Part shown: one piece after another, positions 39,702 through 51,589 of the stretch
Layout: each line of letters opens with the position of its first letter
How positions within the stretch are numbered: position 1 is the stretch's first letter
Assembly (NCBI RefSeq): GCF_009914755.1
Contig: NC_060937.1
From: the human T2T-CHM13v2.0 reference genome, Homo sapiens
DNA: 64,000 nucleotides
Strand: one strand, 5' to 3'
The notes under the pieces: model-generated
Databases searched by the model: none
The model's input: only the letters and a program-made list of their open reading frames with translations
Told to the model about the DNA's origin: nothing
Made by a program: the position numbers and the translations under genes

Positions 39702-42677
39702 GAATAAATAAATTAAGAGATGTCAGGCCTACCCAATCTCATCTCCATTATATATGACCACGGTACTCACAATTTGGACCAATTCCACTCAAAGTCAACC
39801 CAGTGTTGGATGAAAGTATGATTTTTTTTTCACACTATGCTTCAAAAGTTTCTTCTGTTTCAATTTGTGTTTTCCTTTAGCAAATGCAAGCATGTTATAA
39901 AATAACGATATAATTCACACTGAATTCTTTCCCTCCCCCTTTACTCCAAAAAAAGCAACATTATTTCCGACTCAGAAGAAGATTGGCTGGAATAAAAGCC
40001 AACAATTCAAAAGGAGTTTCTAATTTTGTCCTTGCTTTTTCCTCACCATTCTCTTTTAAGTATCCAATGGTGACTAAATACTCAGAGTTGCATAAAACAT
40101 CCTGAAAAGGAACACAGAAAGAAAAAAAAATGCTGTAGAGAAAAAAAATAAGCATAAAATCAATCATTTAACTCATTTAACTAATGGACTTTTTTTCTCT
40201 GAACAAAAGGTCAGGTTTTTCTCATACATGGGTTGATTTTTAAAAAATGTATTTGTGTAGCTAGAAGACTCTTGTTTATAGCTCTCAGACCATAGATTTG
40301 CAAGAATCCTGTGCTCTGTTGTAACTCACAGAGCCAGCTGTATCTGAATCATCCTGTTTTTTTTTGTTGTTGTTTTTTTGGGGGGTTGGGGAGCTAAAAA
40401 CTGAGCAAGTTTGCGCAGTTCAAGGTCAGTACGTTAAGACAGCAGCACATCAATCCTCTGTCATTCAGTGGCTCCAATTTTCATTTTAAAATTACATATC
40501 AGCTGCTTTTTTTTTTAATTTAAAAATGCATACATATGTACATATTTGCCAGTGACTTCCAAAGAAGAACAATGCCAAAAGTATTAAATACTTCTACGGA
40601 AAAGGTCATGTTTCTGTAGGCTCAGATACTGCTGAAAGCTTTAGGATCCTGATGCCGAAAGCAGAAGCAAGCATTCTGATAAGATACTCAGGTGAGAAAA
40701 CAGCAGTGTAATTCAAATAAGATCAAAATATTAATAATCAAATAAAACTTTTTAGTCCAGTTGTATACACTGATAACATTTTAATTTTCTCTGCTCTGTA
40801 ATTTTACTGGCTTTCTCAAATACTTCTGAATATATCCAATTTCATGAATACATTTCTAATATACTAAAGAAGCAAGAAGGTGACAAGAAAAAATAATTTT
40901 CTTACATTGGCCCCGCTTGCCTTCTACATTTAGGTAAGGTTAATTCTTTTTTGCTGAATATGCCTTTATTAGAAATCATCAAAATTGATATAACAATTTA
41001 GAAAGATCATGGACAAAAAAAGGCAGTTAACATTCCTTATTGTTTTCAAAGAGATGGAACTTATAATATAAAAAAAGTGATTTTGTCCCATGTTTAAAGC
41101 CAGAATAAAATCAATGATGCCCTGAACACTAATACATATGTTGCTTAAAATCTGTTGCTGGGCTTGCATGGGACTCACAGGCATGGCTTAATCGAGACAC
41201 AAAGTGATGCATGCCATGCATTCAAAATTAGCATCTGGCTTGGGGCCACGAAATTTGGCATCCCAAGAACTGATTCTGTGCTCTGCCAAGTTTCTGCAGG
41301 GACTAGACTCACTGAATTCTGAATCACAGCCTCTAATTTCCTCTTCAACAGAATCTCTTTGAATTGTGAGACCAGAGAAACCTGCAAGTGAACATAAAAA
41401 TTGAATGTGAAATACAGAACTCTTCAAAGAATATTCTAGATAAAAGTTGGATACAGAACATGAAATATTTCCAGTTAATCAATTGTAATATGGACTGCTT
41501 ACTAGCCAGCTTGCCCCATTCAATTTGTTTATTCCTTACGTAAAGAGGGGACACGATAGGCTGCCTGTGCTGCCAAACTCCAAAGAAATACTTGAAAGCT
41601 TATAAATTTTGCATATCATAAATTTACTTGACAGGTTTCATGACATTGTAAGCAATATTTTTTATTAACCACATTTGTGGAAGAAATGGTATTTTGCCCT
41701 ATTTTCAAACTAACCAATTCTGTCATGGTTGGCATCTTTATTACATTATTAAATACATCAGTCAATACCACCTGATGTGATTGAGTCCTGTTATGTAACA
41801 AAGTTGTTAAAACTTAGATTTATTTTTCCCTAAGTCAAATCAACAGGTAGAAAAGAAAATTGTTTTTAATGGAATTTTTAAAAAAGTATCGCCATTGAAA
41901 CTATTTCTGATTTAAAATAATAAATTGACCTTTCTTCAGGTTATGCTCAAAATCACTTATAATTGTGTTTCACTGAAAGTGCTGCATCAAGCATTTGATT
42001 ATATATGATTTCAGCTTTTGCAATCCATGAAACCAAGCACCTGGAAATTACAAAGGGATCACAAATGAATGAGGTGGTAAAATGTAAGAAGGACTTGAAA
42101 AGGCTTGCTTAGAATTCAAAAGAGGGGAAGAGAAGAAAGGGTTAGAAAACAGAACATTTAATAGGGGAAACAGAAATCGTTCTTTATTTTAAATTATTTT
42201 TTAAAATCTCTACAGAAAAAGGTTAGTAAGTTTTCTTGAAGGTCAATAAAATTGTTTTAAACAAAAAAGATGCTAAGAGAGGGAAAATTCAGGAAAAAAC
42301 ATTCCAACCGTTTAGTTTCCTTCTCTACTGAAACTCATTAAAACAGCTTTAAATGCCAATATAAAATAAGAACACAGAATTAAGTTAAATTTTCATAGGC
42401 AGTGTCAGCATTATTTAAAATATTTAGTATCTTGTCTGGAAAAAGCAACTTAATTTCTGATTTACCCTCAAATCAGAAAACATAACAACAATTCAATTGT
42501 GTTTTTCAAAGAAAAACGAAATATTTAATCTTATCTACTAAGAACAAAATTTCCATGATAAAGTTATTGTGTTTTTAGCATATGTGAACTCAGAATTCCA
42601 CAAGAACTCTTGGTAATATTTCACATTGGAGCAATTTATATGTGACTCACCTAATTAAAAATGAAAACTTAAAGACT

Positions 42678-42792
42678 TTATTTTATGTGTCAATTTTTTA
42701 TGATAAAGCTCTCTCTCTCTAGATAGAAACATAGATATACATGCAGATCTATTTCCTACTGGTTCTAGTTCTCTGGAAAACCCTGACTAATA
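42678..42792 (+). mobile_element. MLT2 (ERVL) LTR remnant, mostly the 3' end
   Basis: 'tcctactggttctagttctctggaaaaccctgactaata' is the MLT2 3' terminus; 'ttttatgtgtcaa' resembles the LTR 5' end. Confidence 0.7.
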
Positions 42793-43414
42793 TTATTACT
42801 AATACTACTACAAGGGTATACCATTATATTTTCAGTGCTTGGAGCTAGTTTGTTTAATGGTAGTTTTGGTGTTAGGACTGTCGAGGACAATGTTGGGAAA
42901 TGCAACCTCGATTAATTTTTTTACCCAAAGCACATGTAAGTTGATTATCCCAAACATCTTTTCAAAAGAATTGACACAGAAAGTAACCACCCAGCTGTTT
43001 TAAAGAATAAGTAGAAGTTTGTGTAGTGAAAGGAGGGATGAAGAAATCCCTGTAAATAATTCTAGGAAATTGAAGCAGTACATGCAAAACCTGGATGCCT
43101 GAAAGATCATGACTTATTTAGAAAATTATATTAATAGGAAGCTTTCTACTAGAATGATCAATTGCTGTCAAGGACATTGAATGATTTCCTGGCAAGTATG
43201 TTATGGAGGAGGATTTCTCCACATCTCTTTGAAACACACAGCTTCCTTAAAAAATATATCTAAAAGTCTTATTAATAACATATTACTTATATTAGTTAAT
43301 TATGTATGATAAATATAAAACAATGTGATTTAATACATTGATATAACTGAACAAAGCAAAAATATTTACAAATTATATATAAACAGGAATACAAAACCAA
43401 CAAAACTCAAATTA

Positions 43415-43697
43415 GCCTGGAATCCAGCACTTTGGGGGGCCAAGGCAGTATCACTTAAGCCCAGGAGTTTGAGACCAGCCTGAGCAACATAGTGGCACCT
43501 TGTCTCTACAAAATAAAAATAAGAAAATTAGCTGAGGATTGTGGCATATACCTATAGTCCTCGCTACTCAGGAGGCTGAGGCGGGAGGATCACTTGAGCC
43601 CAGCTCACTTGAGATTTCAGTGAGCTATGATCTTGCTACTGCACTTGTCTGGGTGACAGAATGAGACTCTGCCTCTAAAAATAAATTTTAAAAAAAG
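43415..43697 (+). mobile_element. AluJ (Jo-like), slightly 5'-truncated
   Basis: 'cacttaagcccaggagtttgagaccagcctgagcaacatag' and 'gggaggatcacttgagcccag...gtgagctatgatc'. Confidence 0.88.
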
Positions 43698-44230
43698 AAT
43701 ACTTAAATTAACCACAATTAACTTAAGTTAATGAATAATTGTGTTTTGCTGAAACTGAATTGCCACTTGAAATGTTAATATGAATATAGCACAGTGCTCT
43801 GTTTAGGGACTGACTGCAGGTGGTTTTGAGTTTGGCACTGTGCATCTTACAATGACGTAAATCTCCTACCACTCATCTGTTTTTGACCCACTGTAAAACA
43901 CTCATTAGTACACATACCCTGGTGTCTTTTGAATGAATGCATCATTTACATATTAATTATGTCTCTATTCTTTTTCTCTTTAGCCTCCAAACATGGTGTT
44001 AGGCTCAAACTTAATAACTAATTTTTTAAAAATAATTTTCACAATGAAAACCTATACTTTAAAAGTTCTGGGAGAAAGTTTTCTAACACCCAAGGATATA
44101 TCTGCATATCCCAGAGAACATATGGACCCCAATTGAAAGAAATTATTACAGAAAAAATTTGTATTATGTTAATTTGTTTTCCTGAGGTATTTGAACCCAA
44201 TTTTTTTCTGTTCTCCTTATCGTGGAAATA

Positions 44231-44264
44231 ATGTACGGTTATACCACCCTGAACACGTCTTATC
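44231..44264 (+). pseudogene. 5S rRNA 5'-end fragment (tailless retropseudogene) flanked by direct repeats
   Basis: 'atgtacggttataccaccctgaacacgtcttatc' versus the 5S start GTCTACGGCCATACCACCCTGAACGCGCCCGATC gives 26/34 by eye with a 14-nt exact core. It is flanked by cttatc(g/a)tggaaataat at 44216-44232 and 44259-44275. Confidence 0.78.
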
Positions 44265-45337
44265 ATGGAAATAATTATCTTGTTCCTTATCTTTTTCCTC
44301 AGAAATTTTTCGACAGAATAGAAGACTGAAATTGTGAGATGCAATAGATAGAATGTGCCATAGAAACATAATGAAATCATGATACAGCTTTAGTGATTGT
44401 ATTTTATTTCATGAATAAAAGTGGAATTCATGCCATTATCCACAATTTGGTTGGAAAAAGCAAATCAGTGTCATCCAGGGAACTTCCATACCATGAGAAT
44501 AAGTTTAGGTAGAGTGATAATCTTCTATAACTTTCCAAATGAAGTAAGGCCGGAGAGTTACGGCACTCCTTAACCAATCTTTAATTTGCCCCAGCTTGGC
44601 AAAGTTCCTGACAAGAAAGCAAGAAGTGGCATTGAAGTATCTCATTCTTACCTTGATAAGCCCTTAAAATGCAATTTACTGTTACTTTCAATTACTATAT
44701 ATCCCACAAGTGTTGATTATTTTTGGCTTACGGCAGCCTCATAGTCAAACAATGATGAATGAATATAATGATCTGTTCTGTTTTAACAGAAATCTAGTGT
44801 TAAAGCAAAATAAGATATTTAGACTAATCTCTATGACTCCCACTTGAAGTTTTAATAAACTGCCAAAACAATGTGTTAAAACTAGAGTGAAACAGTTATT
44901 CCAAGAAGACAGAATTTTTTCCAGGAAAATGAGTGATTTCCTTCCTACGAAAGTGATAATTTGGCATGTTTTCCAAATGTGTTATTTATATTAATTAACT
45001 CAGTTCTAGAAGGTCCTACTTCATATTACTAAACAACTTAGTAGGTAGCAATGAATTCAAATATCCTGAAGTATGGCAAGCATTCCCCAATTACACTTTA
45101 ATTGAAAGTACCATATCTGAAGTTATGTCATATAGGTCATATGTATCTCATAACATATACGTGTGGGTCTATATTGGCTGTTTAAGATTTACATGGTGGC
45201 CAAAAGCAAAACAACAAAACAAAGAAAAAACCTTACTGAAAAACATTGGCAGGGAAGATGATACATATGGATGTGGGTGGCAGTGTTTGAACAACAGATC
45301 TTGTCGTCCCTAAGGGAACATTTCAGGAAAAAAAAAA

Positions 45338-45863
45338 TATATATATATATAAAAGTGTATGTGTATATATATACTTATATATATATGTATATATAATATA
45401 TATAAGTATAGATATTATATATGTATATATAATATATATAAGTATAGATATTATATATGTATATATAATATATATAAGTATAGATATTATATATGTATAT
45501 ATAATATATATAAGTATAGATATTATATATGTATATATAATATATATAAGTATAGATATTATATATGTATATATAATATATATAAGTATAGATATTATAT
45601 ATGTATATATAATATATATAAGTATAGATATTATATATGTATATATAATATATATAAGTATATATACACATACTTATATATAAGTATATATGTGTGTATA
45701 TATGTACATATATACTTATATACATAATATATATTATATATAATTATATAATATATATACATAATATATATGTATATATTATATATACATATATTAATAT
45801 ATAGTATATATATTGTATATATACACTTATATATATATGTATATATATACATATATACACACA
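45338..45863. repeat. AT-dinucleotide-rich tract containing a perfect 36-bp VNTR (45380-45661, 7.8 copies)
   Basis: Unit tatatatgtatatataatatatataagtatagatat, seen as the 12-aa period in the ORF track. Confidence 0.95.
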
Positions 45864-46264
45864 CCAGACTAGTTCATTGTGTTACATTGAGTGAGAGTTT
45901 CTATCAAATATTTGTATGTTATCAAAATTACAACCTTTGCCATGGTTAGCTTGGTGCCCTTGGATCTTATTATCTTATTTGTGAGGTAGGATTTAAGATA
46001 CTGCCTTACTCTCACATTGTCCTACACATTTTAAGACGTTGTTCCACTTGTATAAAATTAGTTTTAAAATATTGAATTAGTATTATTTATGTACATTGAA
46101 TAACATGGATATCTATATTTATTTATTGCAGCAGCCCATCACGTGGCTTGGAAGCAATCAAGCAGAATATTTTAGATACATTATATAACAAGTCCTAAAT
46201 GCTCATTCCTTTTTTTTTTTAACTCTCATTGAAAACTTGCTCTCCTTCAAATATAAGAGATATA

Positions 46265-46430
46265 ATTAGAGATCATTTAGTAAGAACACCGACTTTGAAA
46301 TCAGAAGGATGTAAGTGCAAATCTATCTCAAGCTTTTGCAAACTGAGACATTTATTGAAATTATCTGGGTCATGAGTTTTATATGTATGATTATGCCTAC
46401 TTCATTAGGTTATTGTGAAGGTAAAAGTGA
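46265..46430 (+). mobile_element. MIR fragment
   Basis: 'gactttgaaatcagaaggatgtaagtgcaaatc...cctacttcattaggttattgtgaagg'. Confidence 0.55.
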
Positions 46431-47494
46431 AACTATGGTCTGATGTACAAACAAAATAATGTCTGGATCATATTAATTTCTTTTTAAATGGTGGTGCTGA
46501 TTATCAACAAATCCCTTTATTATTCAAGTTACTTCAACGCAGAAAACATTTATTGAGCTTTAAGGATATATGCTAGATACTATATAAAATAAAAATATAA
46601 TTAATCTTAGGTGTATAATAAGTGAATATAGGTGTACTTAGGAAGGTGGGAAGAGATGCATATTTTGTTGCAGTTATTTTAACATACTTCAATCCCTTTG
46701 ATTTCAAAAATACTTTAGATTATATCTTATCATCACTATCTCTTTTTTTATGGATGAAAATATTGAAGCCTAGACTAGTTAAGAAACTGGTTTAAGGTCA
46801 CACAAGATTTTAACCAAAGTTCAGTTTTGAGATATGTATTTTCTCAACAATATCCAATCTGACAGCCAACCTGTGGGCACTTTTTTCAAGTATTCTACAC
46901 CATTTACTTCTCATGGCTCCCACTAAACTAACCCAATCCAAGACACCATTGTTTCTAGCCTGGGTTGCTTTGTAATTTTCTAGCATAGCTTTCCGCTTCT
47001 AGCTTTTTTCCTAGCATAGCTTTCTGCTTCTAGCTTTTTTTTCCTTAAAATATCTATTGTCAACTCTGATGGTTAATTTTATTTGTCACCTTGACTGGGC
47101 TAATGGATGCCAAGATAGCTGGTAAAACATTATTTCTGTGTGTGACTGTGAGGATGTTTTCAGAGGAGATTAGCATTTGAATCAGCAGATTGAATAAAGA
47201 TCCCTCTTTCCAAAGTGGGCAGACATCATCCAATCCATTGAAGGCCTGAATAAAACAAAAATGTAAAGAGAGGGCAAATTTACTCTTGATTTGAGCTGGG
47301 ACATCCACCTTCTTCTGTCCTTGGACATTGGTGCTCCTGGTTCTACAGCCCTCAGTCTCAGAACAGGACTTACTCTATCAGCATCCTCTTGTTCTCAGGC
47401 CTTCAGACCTGAACTAAATGGCATCACCAGCTTTCATTGTTCTCCATCTTGCACTTGGCAAATCATGGTACTCCTTGACCTGCATATTCATGTA

Positions 47495-48560
47495 GTAAAG
47501 AGAAATCCTCCCAGTGGGCGGAAGCTCAGGTTGTCTACTTTTCTTGCAAGGAGAAATAGACAGACTTGCAATTATATATTAATTCATGAGATGTAGACAG
47601 TTGTCTAGCTGGATAGTAAAAGATTTGAAAGGAACATGATTGGGAAATTGGTGACAAATTTGGGGAAGAATGTGGCAAGATCTTTCTGAAAGGGCACAAA
47701 ATGTTAAGATAACTGTGTTCCATGTGAATGCTCACCAAAAGGTGACCTCAGCAGGGGAAGATTTTAAATATCAAGTGAATAGAATAATCTGTTTTATGGA
47801 CACCTTTCTACCTAGTCACTCCTGTCATTGCCCAGTTGGGCTCATAAACAAAGTGCTCATGATGGCACTGATGGAGGTTATGCAGGGGCTAAGCAATGTG
47901 GGTTTCCACTCACTAAGCTGACCTGGGTATAGCCACTGCTGAGTGCTCAATCTGCCAGGAGCAGAGACCAAAACTGAACCCCAGATATGGCACCATTCCC
48001 CAGGGTGATCAGCCAACAACCTGTTTGCAGGTTGATTACATTATAATGCTCCTACTGAGGGAAGAGCAACATTTTGTCTTTACTGGAGTAGACATTTACT
48101 CTGGATATGGATTTGCTTTCCCTGAACGTAATTTTTTCTGCGAATACTACTTTCCAAAAACTTACAGAGTGCCTCATTTACCATCATAGCATTCCATACA
48201 TATGGTGCTCTGACCACAGAACTCACTTCACAGCAGAAGAAGTGTGGCAATTGGCCCGTATTCATGGAAATGACTTATTTCACCATCTTCTCCACCATTT
48301 TGAAGCAGCTGGTTTAATAGAATGGCTATTAAATGGCTATTTTGAAGTCCCAGTTACAGTACCAGCTAGGTGGCAATACCTTGCAGGGATTAGGCAAGAC
48401 TCTTCCAAAAGGCTGTATATGTTCTGAATCAGTGTCTAATATGTGGTGCCATTTTTTTGATAGTCAGGATTCATAGATCCAGGTTAAAGGGGTGGAAATA
48501 GGAGTGGCATCACTCACTATTGCCCCCAGTGACCCACTAACAAAATTTTTTTTTCTTTTT
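47495..48560 (+). pseudogene. Disrupted ERVL pol remnant (RNase H C-terminal part and integrase)
   Basis: Fragments translate to SSQWAE, HDWEIGDK, FHVNAHQKVTS, QVDY, LTGVDIYSGYGFAFP, SDHRTHFTAEEV and AAGLIE (DDE core), with stops and frameshifts. Confidence 0.88.
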
Positions 48561-48579
48561 CTACAACAGAAACAGAAAG

Positions 48580-48960
48580 GCCTAGAAGTCTTAGTTCTAA
48601 ACAGAGAAATACTTCCACCAGGAGACACAACAATGATTCCACTGAACTGAAGACTGCCACCTGGCCACTTTGGGCTCCTCATGCCTCTGAGTCAACAGAC
48701 AAAGAAAGGAGTTATTGCGCAAAGAAAGGAGTTACAGTGCAAAGAAAGGAGTTGCGGTGTTAGCTTGAGTGATTCATCTGGGGTACTAAAGGGAAATTGG
48801 ACTACTACTGGAAATTGGACTACTAATTGGAAATTGGACCACAAAAGAGGTAAGGAAGACTATGGCTAAAATACAGAAGATCCTTTAGGGCCTCTATTAA
48901 TATTACCGTGTTCTGTCATTAAGATCAATGGAAAACTACAACAACCCAAGCCTTGCAGAA
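48580..48960 (+). pseudogene. Disrupted ERVL dUTPase
   Basis: Translates to LPPGDTTMIPLN, RLPPGHFGLLMPLSQQ, GEIGLLL and VIKINGKLQ. A dUTPase 3' of integrase is characteristic of ERV-L. Confidence 0.85.
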
Positions 48961-49942
48961 TGACAAGTGGCTCAGACCCTTTAGAAATGAATCATTGGGT
49001 TATATTGTCAGGGAAAGAACTATGACCAGCTGAGGTGTTTGTGAAGGCAGAGAATTCAGAATGAGTAGTAGTAGATGGTAGTCATACATACCAGCTATAA
49101 CCACATGACCAGTTACAGAATTGAGGACTTTAATTGTCATGAACATTTCTTTCTTATTTTATTATGAGCACTTTCATATGTATATATACACATATTAGCA
49201 ACTATCTTTGTTGTCTTTCTTCTTCCCTTTTCGTGGAACATAAGATATATTAACTTTAAATCAGTGTTTTCAGTACTCTTAATTTTATATCTTAATATTC
49301 AGGCTATAGGCTGTTAGAAGAGTAAATGTCACTTAAGGACTTTACTTTTCTGGGGAAGGAATTATTGCTTTTTAGTTGTATGCAAGATAGTATCATGTTT
49401 TGTGAAATTATGACTTCATTATTGTCTTCATTTGGAGATTAGATAGTTTAAGGAGATGTGGGTATCAAGTTAACAAGGGGTTGGCCTTTTAATTTTATGT
49501 GTCAACTTGACTGGGCTAGGAGATACCCAAACAGTAGGTAAAACATTATTTATGGGTGTGTCAGGATGGTGTTTTCAGAAGAGTTTAGCATTTTCATGAG
49601 TAGGTTGAGTAAAGAAGATTGCCCTTATCAATGTAAGCAGACATCCTCTAATCCACTGAGGGCCCAAATAGAAAAAAGAAAAGTGGAGGTAGAAAAAATT
49701 AACTCTCGCTTTGAACCAGGACATCCATCTTCTCCTGCTCTCCCACATCAGCCTTTGGTTCTCACGACTTTGGACCAGGACAAGGACTTAAACCATCTGT
49801 TTGCCTCTATCTCTGGCCTGGGGACTTGGACTGAATTACCCTACTGGCTTTCCTCATTTTTCAGCTTGCAGACAGCAGACTGTGGGACTTTTAGGCCTCC
49901 ACAATCATGTGATCAAATGAGTTAATTTCCATAATAAATCAG

Positions 49943-50010
49943 TCTATCTATCATTTATCTATCTATCTATCTATCTATCATCTATCTATCTATCTATGTA
50001 TCTATCTATC

Positions 50011-50051
<41 letters not shown>
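49943..50051. repeat. Compound (TCTA)n STR with TCA interruptions inside the 3' LTR
   Basis: Direct reading. Confidence 0.95.
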
Positions 50052-50875
50052 GTGTTAGTGTTATTGGTTCTTTTTCTCAGGAGAACCCAGACCTATACAT
50101 TGACCCAATTTCCAGAGTCATACTTTCTAATCATAACCTGCAAATAATTCCTCATGTTACTCAGAGAAAAAGCCAGTCTTTATACAGGCTTACATGATGG
50201 GTCTTATCTTTACTGCTATCGTTTTACATACTGCTGTCCTATTCTCTCACTCTATTTTCAGGTCCACTGGACTCTTTTTTCTGGACATGAACTTGGCCAG
50301 GCCCTTCATTTATTTCAAGTCTTGACTTAATTCTCACATTGTTACTGAGGCCCATCCTGCCACTCTAAAACAGCCATCCTGATCACTCTAAATCCTGCTC
50401 ATCCTGCTCTATTTCCTGACATTCCACATCCTGTGTACAATGGTCTACTTTCTTTCATAACACTTATCATTTTCTAAAATAGTAAATAATTTACTTATTA
50501 TACTTAAATACTTAAATATTTATCACCTAATCTCACTACTAGAATCAAAGCTTTTTAAATGCAGGGGATCTATGTTTTTGTTTTGTTTATTTGTTTTCTT
50601 CATTCTTGTTTCTCAAGCACCTAGAACAGTGTTCCTGGAACATAATGGGTCCTCAATAAATATCTGCTAAATAAACTTGAATGTCAAAACAACTTAATAG
50701 ACATTCAATAACTAGGAAGTTTATGAACAAGACTTCAGCAAATTAACAGTGTAGGAGAAGAAGCTTATTATGGAGGTGACACAGAATCTATAGTGTTTGA
50801 GGTTATTTTTATTTTAGACAGTATAAAGTCATCAGTATGGATGAAATAAATAAAAATATATCATTAGAAAAAGTT

Positions 50876-51170
50876 GGCTGGCCACAGTAGCTCACACCTA
50901 TAATTCCAGCACTTTGGGAGGCCAAGGCTGGTGGATTGCTTGGGCCCAGGAGTCTGAGACCGGCCTGGGCAACATGGCAAACCCTGTCTCTATGAAAAGT
51001 ATAAAAAGTAGCCAAGTGTGGTGGCACATGCCTGTAGTTCCTGCGATTCGGGAGACTGAAGCAGGAGGATCACTTGCGCCTGGGGAAGTAGAGACTGCAG
51101 GGAGCTTTGATCATGCCATTGCACTCCAGCCTGGGCAGTAGAGTGAGGCTCTGTCTCACACAAAAAGGAA
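50876..51170 (+). mobile_element. AluJ
   Basis: 'ggattgcttgggcccaggag...cctgggcaacatggcaaaccc' and 'ggaggatcacttg'; eroded tail. Confidence 0.88.
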
Positions 51171-51589
51171 AGCAAATCACCAAGTGAATTCTGATTAGAA
51201 GTTTGTCATGGTTGTCTCCATGGTCACTAAAACTCAGTACTGGATAATAGGATGCATAATAGATAGGCAAGACTAACAAATATTCACTACTTGAGAATTG
51301 TGATACTATGAGGATTTACACCATTCTGAACTCTGACCCATGGTAGGCTAAAAATTAAAAATAAACAACAAATATTGTTTTCTTAACCTTTTATAAGTAA
51401 AAAATAATCTTAAAAAGATTTATGCTATATTTTTTATAGATAGTCTCAGTGTTTGCTTGCCCAGTATTAAAACATTATTTAGGCAGAAATTCACAGGAGT
51501 TACTGTGCTCTAGTTTTCTTCTTTGCAGGCTCCCACTTTGGTGGTTGCCACTTCAACTTTTCAACATCTGTCCAATTGTGTATACTACT

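Larger units (their letters stand above)
47065..50099 (+). mobile_element. ERVL (HERVL/ERVL-B-type) provirus with MLT2 LTRs, internally deleted
   Basis: The 5' LTR (47065-~47492) and 3' LTR (~49487-50099) share 'taattttat.tgtca.cttgactgggcta...gta aaacattattt'. A PPT-like 'caaggggttggcc' precedes the 3' LTR, which ends 'gagaacccagacctataca'. Confidence 0.92.
46915..50683 (+). mobile_element. L2 (L2a-like) interrupted by the ERVL provirus (pieces ~46915-47064 and 50100-50683)
   Basis: Left piece 'tccaagacaccattgtttctagcctggg'; the right piece ends in the L2 tail 'agcacctagaacagtg...ctcaataaatatctgctaaataaacttgaatg'. Confidence 0.65.

Noticed and set aside
45359-45864. Y/I-rich repetitive ORFs on both strands
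   Set aside because: Artefact of the 36-bp AT-rich VNTR.
47670-48869. Integrase and dUTPase ORFs as a possible domesticated gene
   Set aside because: Multiple stops, frameshifts and tandem duplications, and degraded zinc-finger and catalytic motifs.
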